This document shows positions 52,107 to 64,000 of a DNA stretch of 64,000 nucleotides, piece after piece. Origin of the DNA: Octopus sinensis (lineage: Eukaryota); assembly GCF_006345805.1 (NCBI RefSeq), contig NC_043011.1, forward strand, positions 57,486,464-57,550,463, read 5' to 3'. Under the pieces are notes generated by a model. That model was not told the DNA's origin, did not search any database, and saw only the letters and a list, made by a program, of their open reading frames with translations. Both the position numbers and the translations under genes were made by a program. Within the stretch, counting starts at the first letter, position 1; the number at the start of each line of letters is the position of its first letter.

Positions 52107-52562
52107 ATATCTATCTATCTATATATCTATCTATCTATCTATCTATCAACACGACACTGTTGGAAGGCAGGTTTAGAGAGGATGCTGGTTAAAACTACGC
52201 GTACTTCCCCTCCGTTGGTCAGCTGAAACTTAGACACTGCCACGTGACAGTTAACTGCTACTGGCTGCTGGAGCCTCACGGCGAGTATTTCACGGGATAT
52301 TTGGCAGGATGGTCATTCGCCCGCTGTCATTCGTTGACGCTACATCGAAGAACCCGAAGAACAAAACAGAAAAAGGAGAAAGAAAAAACGCACTGAACAC
52401 CAGAGCTGAAGACACCTTCGAAAGTGGGGAAGGGTGCCACGTGAAAAACGGTGGAGAAAAAGGAGCCGGAACCGGAACCGGACGTGGTTCCTCCTGATGA
52501 CGTCCTAAACCACTGGATCCTATAAATGAGCTGTTCAGTTAGTGAACCACGAAAGTGGCTGG

Positions 52563-52621
<59 letters not shown>

Positions 52622-52722
52622 CTGTCTGCCTGTCTGTCTGTCTGCCTGCCTGCTTGCCTGTCTGTCTGTCTATCTATCCATCCATCTATCCATCAATCCA
52701 TCTATCTATCTATCTATCTATC

Positions 52723-52766
<44 letters not shown>

Positions 52767-52790
52767 GCTATCCGTCTGTATGTCTGTCTG
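52563..52790. repeat. (TC)n/(TATC)n/(TGTC)n compound microsatellite
   Basis: Directly visible. Confidence 0.95.
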
Positions 52791-52827
52791 TCTGATATCT
52801 GGGTTTACTATATAGTTACTATATAAC

Positions 52828-52918
52828 TATATATACACTGTGTTAATGCATTAATTTCTACTTTTTCTACTTTGAGTAGAAAAAGTAGAAATTAATGCAT
52901 TAGCACAGTGTATATATA
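52828..52918. repeat. 44-bp-stem hairpin with 3-nt loop
   Basis: 52828-52871 pairs with 52875-52918 with one G-T mismatch; loop TTG. Confidence 0.93.
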
Positions 52919-53225
52919 TATAGATATATAGTTATAATTAATTATAAGAGATGATCACATTTTAAACGGTAATTAAGAGCCTCTGTATGTCTGTGTTACA
53001 CTTGTCATATCTGGTAACGCTTGTGCTTCAGGGAAGAGAAATTTATAGAGTTACCTCATTCTGAAAAAGAATGTCGTTAACATCACGTGTTGACAGTACA
53101 TAATTTTGCTTGATTTGTGTCAGTATAATGGTTATCAAACGAAAGCATGATTGGTTTTTCTTTCAAGACGTTAATAGCATTATGCATGCAGAGATGCCTG
53201 CATCCACAATGACACACAAATGCAA

Positions 53226-53243
53226 GTACAGATACATATATTG

Positions 53244-53304
<61 letters not shown>

Positions 53305-53448
53305 ACATAAACACACACATGTATGTACGTATACGTATTAAGAAAAACACAGAGAGATACATACATGCAAGCATAAGAATATGCTAATGAGTGCGTACGC
53401 ACACGCTTAATGTATTACATATGTACACACACACACACACACACACAC

Positions 53449-53495
<47 letters not shown>

Positions 53496-53830
53496 GTATA
53501 TATATATATATATGTATATATATGCACGTATACATATGTATGCATATGTATATATAATATATATATATGTATATATGTATATGTATATATATGCACGTAT
53601 ACATATGTATGCATATATATATATATTATATATATATATATATATATGGATGTATGTATACATGCATACAAAACATACACACACACAAACACACATATAT
53701 GTACTACTGTCTGGATGTTTTGCGTTCTTGTCCCATTTTGTATTTTTTTTATATATAGTCGCGTATGTACACTTTGGTCTCTTATATGTATATATATATA
53801 TATATATTATATATATATATACATATATGT
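53226..53830. repeat. (CA)n and degenerate (TA)n/(TATG)n tract
   Basis: Directly visible; includes an internal duplication of GCACGTATACATATGTATGCATAT. Confidence 0.9.
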
Positions 53831-53834
53831 ATGT

Positions 53835-54230
53835 AGGAGTGGCTGTGTGGTAAGTAGCTTGTCTGCCAACCACATGGTTCCGGGTTCAGTCCCACTGCGT
53901 GGCACCTTGAGCAAGTGTCTTCTACTATAGCCTCGGGCCGACCAAAGCCTTGTGATTGGATTTGGTAGAGGGAAACTGAAAGAAGCCCGTCGTATATATG
54001 TATATATATGTATGCGTGTGTGTGTTTGTGTGTATGTGTTTGTCCCCCTAGCATTGCTTGACAACCAATGCTGGTGTGTTTATATCCCCGTTACTTAGCG
54101 GTTCGGCAAAAGAGACCGATAGAATAAGTACTGGGCTTACAAAAGAATAAGTCCCGGGGTCGAGTTACTCGACTAAAGGCGGTGCTCTAGCATGGCCATA
54201 GTCAAATGGCTGAAACAAGTAAAAGAGTAA
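53835..54230 (+). mobile_element. Family B SINE, full length
   Basis: Same architecture as 47059-47480. Confidence 0.93.
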
Positions 54231-55812
54231 TATGCCCCAGCATGGCCACAGCTCATTAGCTGAAAGTGGAAAAATCAAAATCAAATCATACATACATATA
54301 TTATATATATATATATATAATAGAAATATTAAAATAACTAAGTCTCTCTATCTTATTTTTAGAAACAAGAATTCACTCACCTATATATGTACGTATATTT
54401 GTTTGTACATACGCTCACCCCCGCGCACACTCATATATACACATATATAAACATACATACATACACAACACATTTCTACTTGCTTCATATCTTTGAATAT
54501 ATACATCGATATATACTTTAACAAATATTTTTGCTCATGCATATATACGCTAAGATGCGGGCGTAGAATGTGAGTGGGAGCTATGCGGATTGACACACCT
54601 ATCCACGTATGCATGCACGTGCATACACGAGCGTGTATATATTTTTTAAAATAAATATTCTACATGCGAAACGTCTTTAAGTTGGAGGATGAAAAAATAT
54701 AAATGAAGAAAAATTAAAAAGGAATACAAGTAAAAATAATGGAGAAAAGTAAGAATAAGTAATAACGTGATTGGATCTTAGATGGTTTTTAAAAAAACGG
54801 TAGGGGAATCGAAGAAGAAAGAATAAGAGAAAGAACAACAAGAAGAAAAAAGTATTTGTGTGTAAATGTGTATGAATTTGAAGCGTTGAGTGAAATAATA
54901 ACGAAATAATGTTGGTGTGCTGAAAGGGGCCTGGAGAAATATAGATATATGTGTTAATGTCTCGGGACAGATGAAGTGGGGAAAGCATAGAAATAGATGG
55001 AAGAGTGAGGAAGGGGGGAATAAAGGCATTTAATATAGATGCAGCTAGGAAGGGGAGGAGTAGATTTAAAATTATTTTCTATTTTCTCTGATGCAACAGC
55101 GATAGCTTCTCACATGTGCGTCGTTAGACGTGAAAGGAATTTGAAATTTGGAAATAATTTGTGGTAAAATTTTAGTGGGTGAGCATAAAAAAAGTTGTAG
55201 GTTTCGAGATGTTAAATAGAATAAATTACACAAAAAGGAAACAGAAATGAAGTAAAATAATATGTAATTCCTCAATATTTTCACAACTAAGACACCCACG
55301 TATATCCACGTGGGCCATCATTCACAAAGGCAAGTGTGTGTGTGTATGAGTGTGCGTGCGTGTGCGCGTGTAAATACTTACATTTGAACAAGTGGAGAAA
55401 AGGGTGTTCTCAATATTGAAAACCAAGGTACATATTTCATCAAAAAGCTAAAATACATAAATAGTTTGCTCCGAATCTCTAGCTTCTGGTGTCTTGCAAG
55501 CTTATCAAAATTTGGGCACTCAAGATGAGAGTGGATAAGAATGAAAACAACAGCCTAAATACTACAATTAAAATGTTTGAAGAATATCGAAGCGTTAATT
55601 AAACGATACAATTGCTACGTAACATCTGCACTGTTACATACGCCATGACGAGACAAGCAAACGTATTCAGCCGCGCAAATAGAAAAACCATCAAGAGGAA
55701 TCCAATTAGATTTTTAGATTGTTATAGTTTATATGTGTATCAGTTTAAAAATAGGCAGAAGGAGACACAACCTCGGTCAAAAACAGCACACGGACACACA
55801 CGCACACAAACA

Positions 55813-56029
55813 TTTTTTTTTTTTATCTAGTTTCAGCTCACGAGCTGTGGCCATGCTGGGGCACCGCCATTTGGTGTTGCTACATGATTTTACTTCACGA
55901 ATGCATTTTAGCAACTGCCATTTGGTGCATGAGAGAGTTCGATGCAGCTGCCCTCATCTGCACCTCCTGCCGTGAAGTTGGTTCATCCGGGACACCTGAC
56001 AGGAAGAGATCCAGTCCTACTTTAAAGAC

Positions 56030-56030
<1 letters not shown>
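55813..56030 (-). mobile_element. 3' end of a CR1-group LINE (ORF2 C-terminus, 3' UTR, A-tail)
   Basis: Minus strand FKVGLDLFLSGVPDEPTSRQEVQMRAAASNSLMHQM...* matches the FKxxLDxFLxxVPDEP...RAAxSNSL C-terminal motif; ends in a stem-loop and an A run. Confidence 0.8.
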
Positions 56031-56070
<40 letters not shown>

Positions 56071-56071
<1 letters not shown>

Positions 56072-56456
56072 TTTTCTACTCTAGGCACTAGGCCTGAAAT
56101 TTTGGGAGAGTGGGGTGCAGTCGATTAGATCGGCCCCAGTACGCAACTGGTACGTAAATTATCGACCCCGAAAGGATGAAAGGCGAAGTCGACCTCGACG
56201 GAATTTGAACTCGGAACGGAACGGCAGACCAAATACCTATTTCTTTACTACTCACAAGGGGGTAAACACAGAGAGGAAGAGGACAAACAAGGACATACAA
56301 ACGGATTGAGTTGATTGTATCGACCCCAGTGCGTAACTGGTACTTATTTAATCGACCCCGAAATGATGAAAGGCAAAGTGGATCCCGGCGGAATTTGAAC
56401 TCAGAACGTAGCGGCTGATGAAACACCGCTAAGCGTTCCGCCCAGCTCGCCGCCTT
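56071..56456 (-). mobile_element. Family A SINE dimer (long-tail unit 56238-56456 plus headless short-tail unit 56071-56237)
   Basis: Reverse-strand junction reads AGTAAAGAAATA|GGTATTTGGTCTG. Confidence 0.88.
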
Positions 56457-57553
56457 CAGTTATATTTTTATATAGGCAAAGCACAATTAGACCGCCTTAC
56501 ACGCTTTAATCATATTCATGGTTTTAATTCTTAAATTAACAATGCTTAAATTCCAGCTGGGAGAAAAATCGTTTGAGACAACGCAGGAATATTTTTATAA
56601 AACTCATTTAAGTTGTGAAAAATTATATTTTGCTACTTACGCTAACATATGTGTAAGATTTTAATTTGAACTGGAAACAAGTGAAAGGTTGTAGTTACTT
56701 TTTTAGATTTTTGCAGAAATGTCGCAGGAAAAATGAAATATGGCAAAAAACCCCAAAAAAACCCCAAAAAGCTTAAATAAATGACTGATTCAATATATAT
56801 TGTTTTGTTTCAATGTTATGACACTGAATAAAACATGAATTTTACAGAAAAGCGTAATGGCATTATAAAAATTGTCATAGTGTACGAGTAATGCATTGGC
56901 AGTTAAGAAGTGACTCAAAAATATTATTTGTTTAATTTATTCGCTATTATTTATGGTACAATGCGACGTTTTCGCTTAATTCCATATTTTTATTTTCATT
57001 TATAACTTTCAACGCTTTCACTTGCTGTTAAAAAACGCAGGTTGGCTTGTTAAATTATAAAGTGTTACAAAATAAGTTACATGGAAACATTTTTCGTAGT
57101 TAAAGAGAATGTCAAACATGCTTGTTTGCTTCTTTTAATAAATAAATTAGCGAATTTTGTGTAATGTATAAAGTATTTCAAAAAAGATTTTTTTTTAGAC
57201 TAAATTTAAAAAAATAATCACAAAGAATTCTTTTTACGCATTTGGATGATTAAAAAAAATATTTTGTTTTTTCATAAAATAAATTAGCAAATATTGGAAA
57301 AATAGAAGAAAAATACAAAAATACCAAAACCTCTACAGAAATAGCGATTTATTAGATATATGAAATATTTCTATTTAACAAGCTGCGTCTATGATTTTTT
57401 TATATATTTAGTAAATATGACTCAGTTTTGTTGTTTGCAATTCTGTTATCTCTTTATTTTTCTGGAATATACGTGTAAACATGGCAGAATAGAAACAAAT
57501 GTGTAATGTCGTCACTATAAGCATATTTCTAGGCATGTATGTGTGAATGTGTG

Positions 57554-57589
<36 letters not shown>

Positions 57590-57679
57590 GCTTCACATAT
57601 TTCAATGTGTGTATTATGTATGCTTTCGTGACTATACAAAAAGTGTGCATGTATACATACATGTGTAGGCGCCTCCCTC

Positions 57680-57693
57680 TCTACCTCTCTCTC

Positions 57694-57751
<58 letters not shown>

Positions 57752-57753
57752 CA

Positions 57754-57787
<34 letters not shown>

Positions 57788-57810
57788 TATTCATACATAC
57801 ATACATACAT

Positions 57811-57874
<64 letters not shown>

Positions 57875-57908
57875 TACACACACACATACACACACATATA
57901 TATATATG
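57680..57908. repeat. (TA)n/(TACA)n tract
   Basis: Directly visible. Confidence 0.95.
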
Positions 57909-58733
57909 AGTCGAACGAAGCGGCATTGAATAAAATATATTTGTGGTAAAATGCTATTTAACACTTTCAAATCCAGCCAAACGTGAGAATAGCTTCCATT
58001 GTGGAAATAATCCGGGATAGCATATGTTATCCCAGATAACATGAGTGAAAGTGCATTGGGATGTAAATTTATTTCGTTGAATTATAGAACGCAAGCATTT
58101 CCTCGGGTTGTAAACTACTAACACTAAATCTTCCTTTCACAGCCCGATAAAAACGCATTCATTCTTGTAGTAGAACGACACACGGTATCGTTTCCTAAGG
58201 TGCGTAAAGCCTGGTCAACCTAGAATTAGACAGATACAGTACAGTTTCATGAAACAGTATTCAATAAACTATATTGGCGTAAAATCATGTGAAGCACGTT
58301 CGAGTGCATTCGGACGTGAAAAGGCGTCCCGCTTCGGAAAGTGTCCTAGGAAGAAATCCTCCGCGTAGATGACATTTGTGAAAATACTTATCAGGCTGCG
58401 AATTACGTCAATGAATTTGAGAACGCATCTTTGAGTCAACCCACACTACACTGCTATACTTTGTTTCCGCAAACTCATACACTAACCACCTCTTTCCAAA
58501 AACTTAAGCAGCATTCATACGCACACACTAAATATTTGCAACGCGGCCATCGCATCAGATGCAAGCCATTCTCTACAAATATAGAGAAGTGGCACAATAT
58601 CTACGAATGTGCATACACATATGTGTGTGTGTTTGTGCGCGCGTGCGTATTTATACCTGTCTACCTACCTACATGTATATTGTATGTACGGAGCTATCTA
58701 TTTGTCTATCACACACAGGCACACACACACACC

Positions 58734-58798
<65 letters not shown>

Positions 58799-59349
58799 TT
58801 ACATTATATTTATGTATGCAAACACATAACAGATTTCAGTAACCCATCATTTCGCCTATATGTTAATATAGAATTGTTTTTCTAGAATGAAATCTAAATG
58901 AATTTCCTAGCAGAGAACAAACGCATATCGTCTATCGAAAGAGAATCTTTATGAATTACATACAGAAATAGAAATATACTTTTATGAAAAATTTGAAAAT
59001 ATACTTGTATGTTTTATATATTAATGGAATACAAGAGATACGAATCTATCGACTTGAGAAAGACGACGAATTCGTAGATTTCAGAGGCTCCCCGAGACAA
59101 ATGAGAGGTTTCCGGTTGCGCTTCCCTTTGCTGTCAGTGGCGGTTTCTCTTCCGGTTCCTCTTGTAGGACATGAACTGGACAACAAAAATACTCCAATGT
59201 CAAATATAATGGCGAGGCGAGAGTATTAATGCAGTGGTTAGTGAGGTGCCTGAGCTGGCGAACGCAATGTAGCGGTTATGGGTAATGAAAAGAAAGGGAA
59301 CAAGTATGATGTGAATATGACAAGAAATTAGCAAACACTGAGGAGCAGA

Positions 59350-60950
59350 AACAATTTTAGTTACAGTAAAAAAGGCAGCGTGAAGAGGAAGGACAACTTG
59401 TATCTAACCCGGTAACTAAAGTGAGAAGACAATCTCTTCATTGGAATCACCCGGGAGGCGTGTATTTTGTTTTTGGCATGCACTTTGAACGTCTGTACCA
59501 GTAGCAGGATTAGACCCAAATGCTTGGAGACGTACTTCATTTTCAGTTTCACTTCAGTGTTTATAGTGTTCGTAGTTTGTGGAACCTGGAATATTTTCTG
59601 GTCTTAACGATGAAGTCTCCTTTATGTAAAACGAATTTGCTATGAGTTTGCCAGCAGAGATCAATAGTTTTAGTGAAACTTAGATATATATCAACTGCGA
59701 AGGTAGTACGTGGGTCCTGTTCGTATTTGGGTGGAGTTGGATTACTTCTTTGTCCAGTTAACGCTTAAGTCTTTGTTCCATTGACGAAGAAAGATAACCA
59801 AATTGGAGGAATACTTTGTTAATTGTATCGGTGCTTTGTTAATTAAAGTGCGCTATTTAGGTTGCTGTTAGATGGCGCTTGATTGTCTGGGGTTAAGTAA
59901 GAATGAAGTGTGATATCGTCTACGCCGAAGTGGATTTTGCTGGTGATGTTAGTATATCAATCGTTGGTGTAGAAAAACAAGACAAAAAACAGCCTCAAAA
60001 CAAACAAAAACATCGCACCATGTGTAACGCCATAATTGATAGAGTAGGAAGGGAGAGGTCAAAGGGAAGATTATGAAATTATCAAAACAGAAATTTATGA
60101 AAGATTCCCAAAAGAATGCGAATGACCGTAAGTTATCGATGCAAGGGCTGAGAGCGATATCAGTCAGTATTGTCACAAGATTCACATACCAGATGCGGGA
60201 AATCCTTTTCTCATATTATGGTCATCCAGAATATTTTAACCAAATTATCCTAGGTTAAGGGCTCAGAAGTTTTTTCATCAAACAAGCATATTTAGTTTTA
60301 TGAAAACAGACTGTTACTGATGTTAGAGACGGATCCAGTGATATAGAAAATGGCTGCTAATGGGTGATAGTAACGATATCGAGCTGCAACAGGACAATTG
60401 TTGGCTTCGACAGCGAGGTTAACATCTCTGGGAATGTATTTCCTTGTAGCCTGTTTTTGATGTTTAACTCTTGGTCAACCTTATCGTAAGTTTTCAAGCC
60501 GTGAGCAATATGGCCTTATTTTCTAAACGTTTTGCTTAAGACTTCTAAATGGAAGGAAGGCGGTAATGTAAAATGTATTTAAGACCTTGCTGCTATTTCT
60601 AGTTTGTCGAGCAAACACTTAAAGTCAGTCTTGTTGTTGTCATTGTTACCATTTAGTTGCACGTCAACCGGGGCTATGACCAATAGCATTCTAATCTTTA
60701 TCTTTTGTGTGTATCAATTATGTACCTAAAACTACATTATACTGTGGATGTTTCCCCCTTTTTCAAAAGATGATAGAACGCAATTTGATTCTAGCCAATC
60801 AATTGGCCACCCAAAGGCTCCTTCATTGACTTATGAGAACGCCATATGATTTCAGGCAGGCGTTGTTACTCCTCACCAGGATGGAGAAGTAACAATCCAA
60901 GCATCGTACTCCATGCAGCTTTAAAGGTTCTCATACGACGTCGCATGCAT
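59350..60950 (-). mobile_element. Possible heavily degraded CR1-group RT relic
   Basis: Minus-strand patches LKTYDKVDQ (cf. KAFDKVDH, ~60490) and SKIHFGVDD (cf. FADD, ~59925) are in the right order, but their spacing is longer than expected. Confidence 0.35.
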
Positions 60951-62094
60951 ATTATTGGTTCGAAGAGTTTGATCCTCTGAAGTTATGCCTTAATCCAGTG
61001 TATACTTTAGAGTGTTTGTTGTATGTAATATGTACCTAGGTTGCATATATGATCAAGATTTCGAAGTCATGACTGAGGTTTCGTTGTTTTAATCTGGTTT
61101 GCAAATAACAGAATCATTCCATCCGTGATCAATCAATTTATTTACATGTAACTCGGTCCACAATCTCTAATGTGCAATACCAGGTGGTTGGAATGTGGTC
61201 TAAAAGTATTTAGCAGCTTATTCTAGCCGGCTCAGCAACCATTTAAAGATATATCTCGCGATAAAAGGAAGAGAGAAAATTTGCGTCTAAATTCTCGTAA
61301 ATAGGTAGCCGTAAATCTCATTTGTGAGAACAGCAATTTAGAATATTCTAGATATCTCATTTTCATCGATGTACTTGGCTGTGTTCTTAACGACAAAGTG
61401 ATTTAAGCGTCGGGTGTAAAAGTATTACTATGTAAATACGAACGGGCTGTGTGAGTTTGAATTATCGATATTGAGTATCTTGATGACATAACACTATAGA
61501 TGCTAAGTACGGAAACGCAACGAGATAATATCTGTCAAACTGTCATGATGAATATATAATAGTAAAAGAAGAATTATGAATAGAACGCTGATTGACAAGG
61601 TATTATAACTCAGCCATAAGATCCGCGAGAAAGAGATAAATTTAAACACATCGTTAGAAAATGGCTTCTTGTCTTTTAATGTTGGCTTCTTCAGAGGAGG
61701 AAGGGCAACGTTCCAACACATTTCAAGGTCTACGAGACAGATGGGAAGAAAAGAAGAAGAGGAGGGGAATAAAGTTAGAGACATTTACTGGCATTTAGAT
61801 TCATATTTCAAATTTAAGTCTACTGAAGGAAAACGCATATGGCGGTAGAAGTTACAAATTATACAATATCTTTCCTATGAATAGAATGAATTTAATATAT
61901 TCACAATGGACAATATCCATTTCAAGAGATTTTTGAAAAATTATTCATAAATTCAGCTAAAACATGAAAATGATTATGGGATTAGCCATAGGTGTCATAA
62001 AGGGGGTCACACTAATTGAAATTGGGAAAATTATATTACAGTTAGCGAAATCAAAACACTGTAAGTACCAACACGCACAAACACACGCTCGCGA

Positions 62095-62232
<138 letters not shown>

Positions 62233-62339
62233 CAGAGGAAATAAAAATTCAAATAGGAAATATGACAAAACGGAAGATTGAAATTAGAAACCGGCCAACG
62301 AGCCCATGCAATTTAGATGGAGATGAGGCAAATAAGACA

Positions 62340-63060
62340 CCACAGAGAACTGAAGAAAACATCAGAAAAATAGATTACAGAAGAGTCAGAATAATATTGG
62401 AAACTGAACCGGAAGTAGATTTTAGAAATAAAATAACAGGTATAAATAGATTAGCCGTCACAGGAAAGAAAATAACATCAAAGACACTATTAACTTATTC
62501 CGTACACTGGAAAAACAGGTTCAGACGCAAAGAGAAAACGACTACAAAATAACAACAGTGTGTATTGGAAGAGAATTACAAGAAAGCAAAGGAAAACAGA
62601 TTAATGCAATAAGGAAACGGAGAAAGACAAATGTTTCTTCATATATGAAGTAGAAACAGGAAATTAATATACTTCATAAAAGATTTGGAGACAAAAATTA
62701 GTTAAAACAAAAGAAAAAAAGATGAATGAGAATTGAATTGTAAATATAACAAAGAAAACAAGGACTGGGGAAAACATTCCATCTCTAATATCCCGGAAGA
62801 ATCTGCAGGAAGGAAGTAAGTCAGAGTGAAAACTAGCAATGACGTAAAAAAAACTCTTGGCTACAAATAATTACAAATGAAAAACAAGAAATAAAATGGA
62901 GGTTAACTTCACGTGCAGCCATTGTAAAGAGTACAGTGAAACAATTGACTACAATATTTCCGGAAAACCAGTGGCTGTCGAGTCCACGTATATTTGTAGA
63001 GACGGTCGCGTCGACGGCGACATGCACGGGACAGTATGCTGGAAAATTATTTCATGTGAA
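62340..63060 (+). mobile_element. R4/Dong-like LINE relic (RT thumb to zinc knuckle)
   Basis: DYRRVRIILETE...NKITGINRLAV...LLTYS (cf. YxRRVRKILKSELN.KNKI.AIN.LA.P...YS), LLATNNY, and CSHCKEYSETIDYNISGKPV (cf. CRxCxE..ETIDHIVSGCP) occur in the correct order. Confidence 0.65.
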
Positions 63061-63273
63061 TACTATAGTATGATTTTAATACCGCCGTGCGATGAATAAC
63101 ATCTAATACAAGGGTCAAAAGTGCTGTCCTCGCAAGGAGTTAACCCTCAACAAGCGTCGACTTCTCACTACGAGCGTTTGTGAAAATATAGCGAAACTAA
63201 TAATGCAACTGGATCAAAGAAGAATAACAAGTGTTACACGTCTACTGTTACACGTATACTATTATACACCTAT

Positions 63274-63605
63274 GTGAAGGCGCATGGCTCAGTGGTTAGA
63301 GCTTACGATCGTGAGATTGTGAGCTCGAATCCCGGACCGGGCTGCGTGTTGTGTTCTTGAGCAAGGCACTTTATTTCACGTTGCTCCAGTTCACTCAGCT
63401 GTAGAAATGAGTTGCGACGTCACTGGTGCCAAGCTGTATCGACCTTTGTCTTTCCCTTGGATAACACTGGTGGCGTGGAGAGGGGAGGCTGGTATGCATG
63501 GGCGACTGCTGGTCTTCCATAAACAACCTCGCCCGGACTTGTGTCTTGGAGGGTAACTTTCTAGGTGCAATCCCATGGTCTGTGTCGTGACCGAAGGGGG
63601 TCTCC
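63274..63605 (+). mobile_element. tRNA-derived CORE-type SINE family C
   Basis: A-box TGGCTCAGTGG, B-box-like GCTCGAATCCC, CORE-like TTGTGTTCTTGAGCAAGGCACTTTA...CTCCAGTTCACTCAGCTGTA. Confidence 0.85.
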
Positions 63606-63944
63606 GAATTAGACACCTAATGTATTCATTTTTGAAAATTGACGTAGGTGGTCTGGAGAGAAAAGGAGAAAGGATATATTTAAGTATATGGCTACCTATC
63701 AGTATATATATATAACTAGCGATAAAGATGCCGGATAGAGAAACAGCAATTCATAGAGAAAACGCAGTAAAAATATACTAGAAAAATCGACAAACTGAAG
63801 AAAGTAATGGAAGCAGACGAACACAGTTCAGATCCCTGGATACAAAACGACGGAAAACAGAAAGAGAAAACAGACTCTCTCCAAAAAGCCATGCAGTATG
63901 TCTGGTATTATTAAAGAAACGAGTATTATTGAAAATAAACATTT

Positions 63945-64000
63945 ATTTCTTTATTATCCACAGGGGGGTAAACATAGATGAGACAAACAAGGACAGCACT
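63945..64000 (-). mobile_element. Family A SINE long tail, truncated by the window end
   Basis: Reverse: CTGTCCTTGTTTGTCTCATCTATGTTTACCCCCCTGTGGATAATAAAGAAATA. Confidence 0.75.

Overview
This is AT-rich, repeat-saturated eukaryotic DNA, either intergenic or a very large intron. It is most likely from Octopus or a close coleoid cephalopod; that is inferred from the SINE families and the (TATC)n/(TA)n/(CA)n/(TTA)n load and has not been verified. I find no supportable host protein-coding gene, rRNA, tRNA gene or CRISPR array, and nearly all ORFs in the track are microsatellite or SINE artefacts. The window holds four tRNA-derived SINE families (labelled A-D here), a young 5'-truncated Tx1/L1-type LINE sitting in (TATC)n, relics of CR1-group, RTE, R4/Dong-like and HERO-like LINEs, and a pogo/Tigger transposase relic. 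Three observations stand out. (1) Family A SINEs share a stem-loop 3' tail with the Tx1-type LINE, insert at GGT(A) sites with clear TSDs, and land in their own body to form dimers. (2) Family B SINEs share a covarying stem-loop tail with a CR1-group LINE. (3) Five fold-back palindromes abut (TA)n microsatellites, and three of them share a CCGAAA motif with a dispersed repeat, possibly Penelope-like ends. All alignments were done by eye; no database searches were run.
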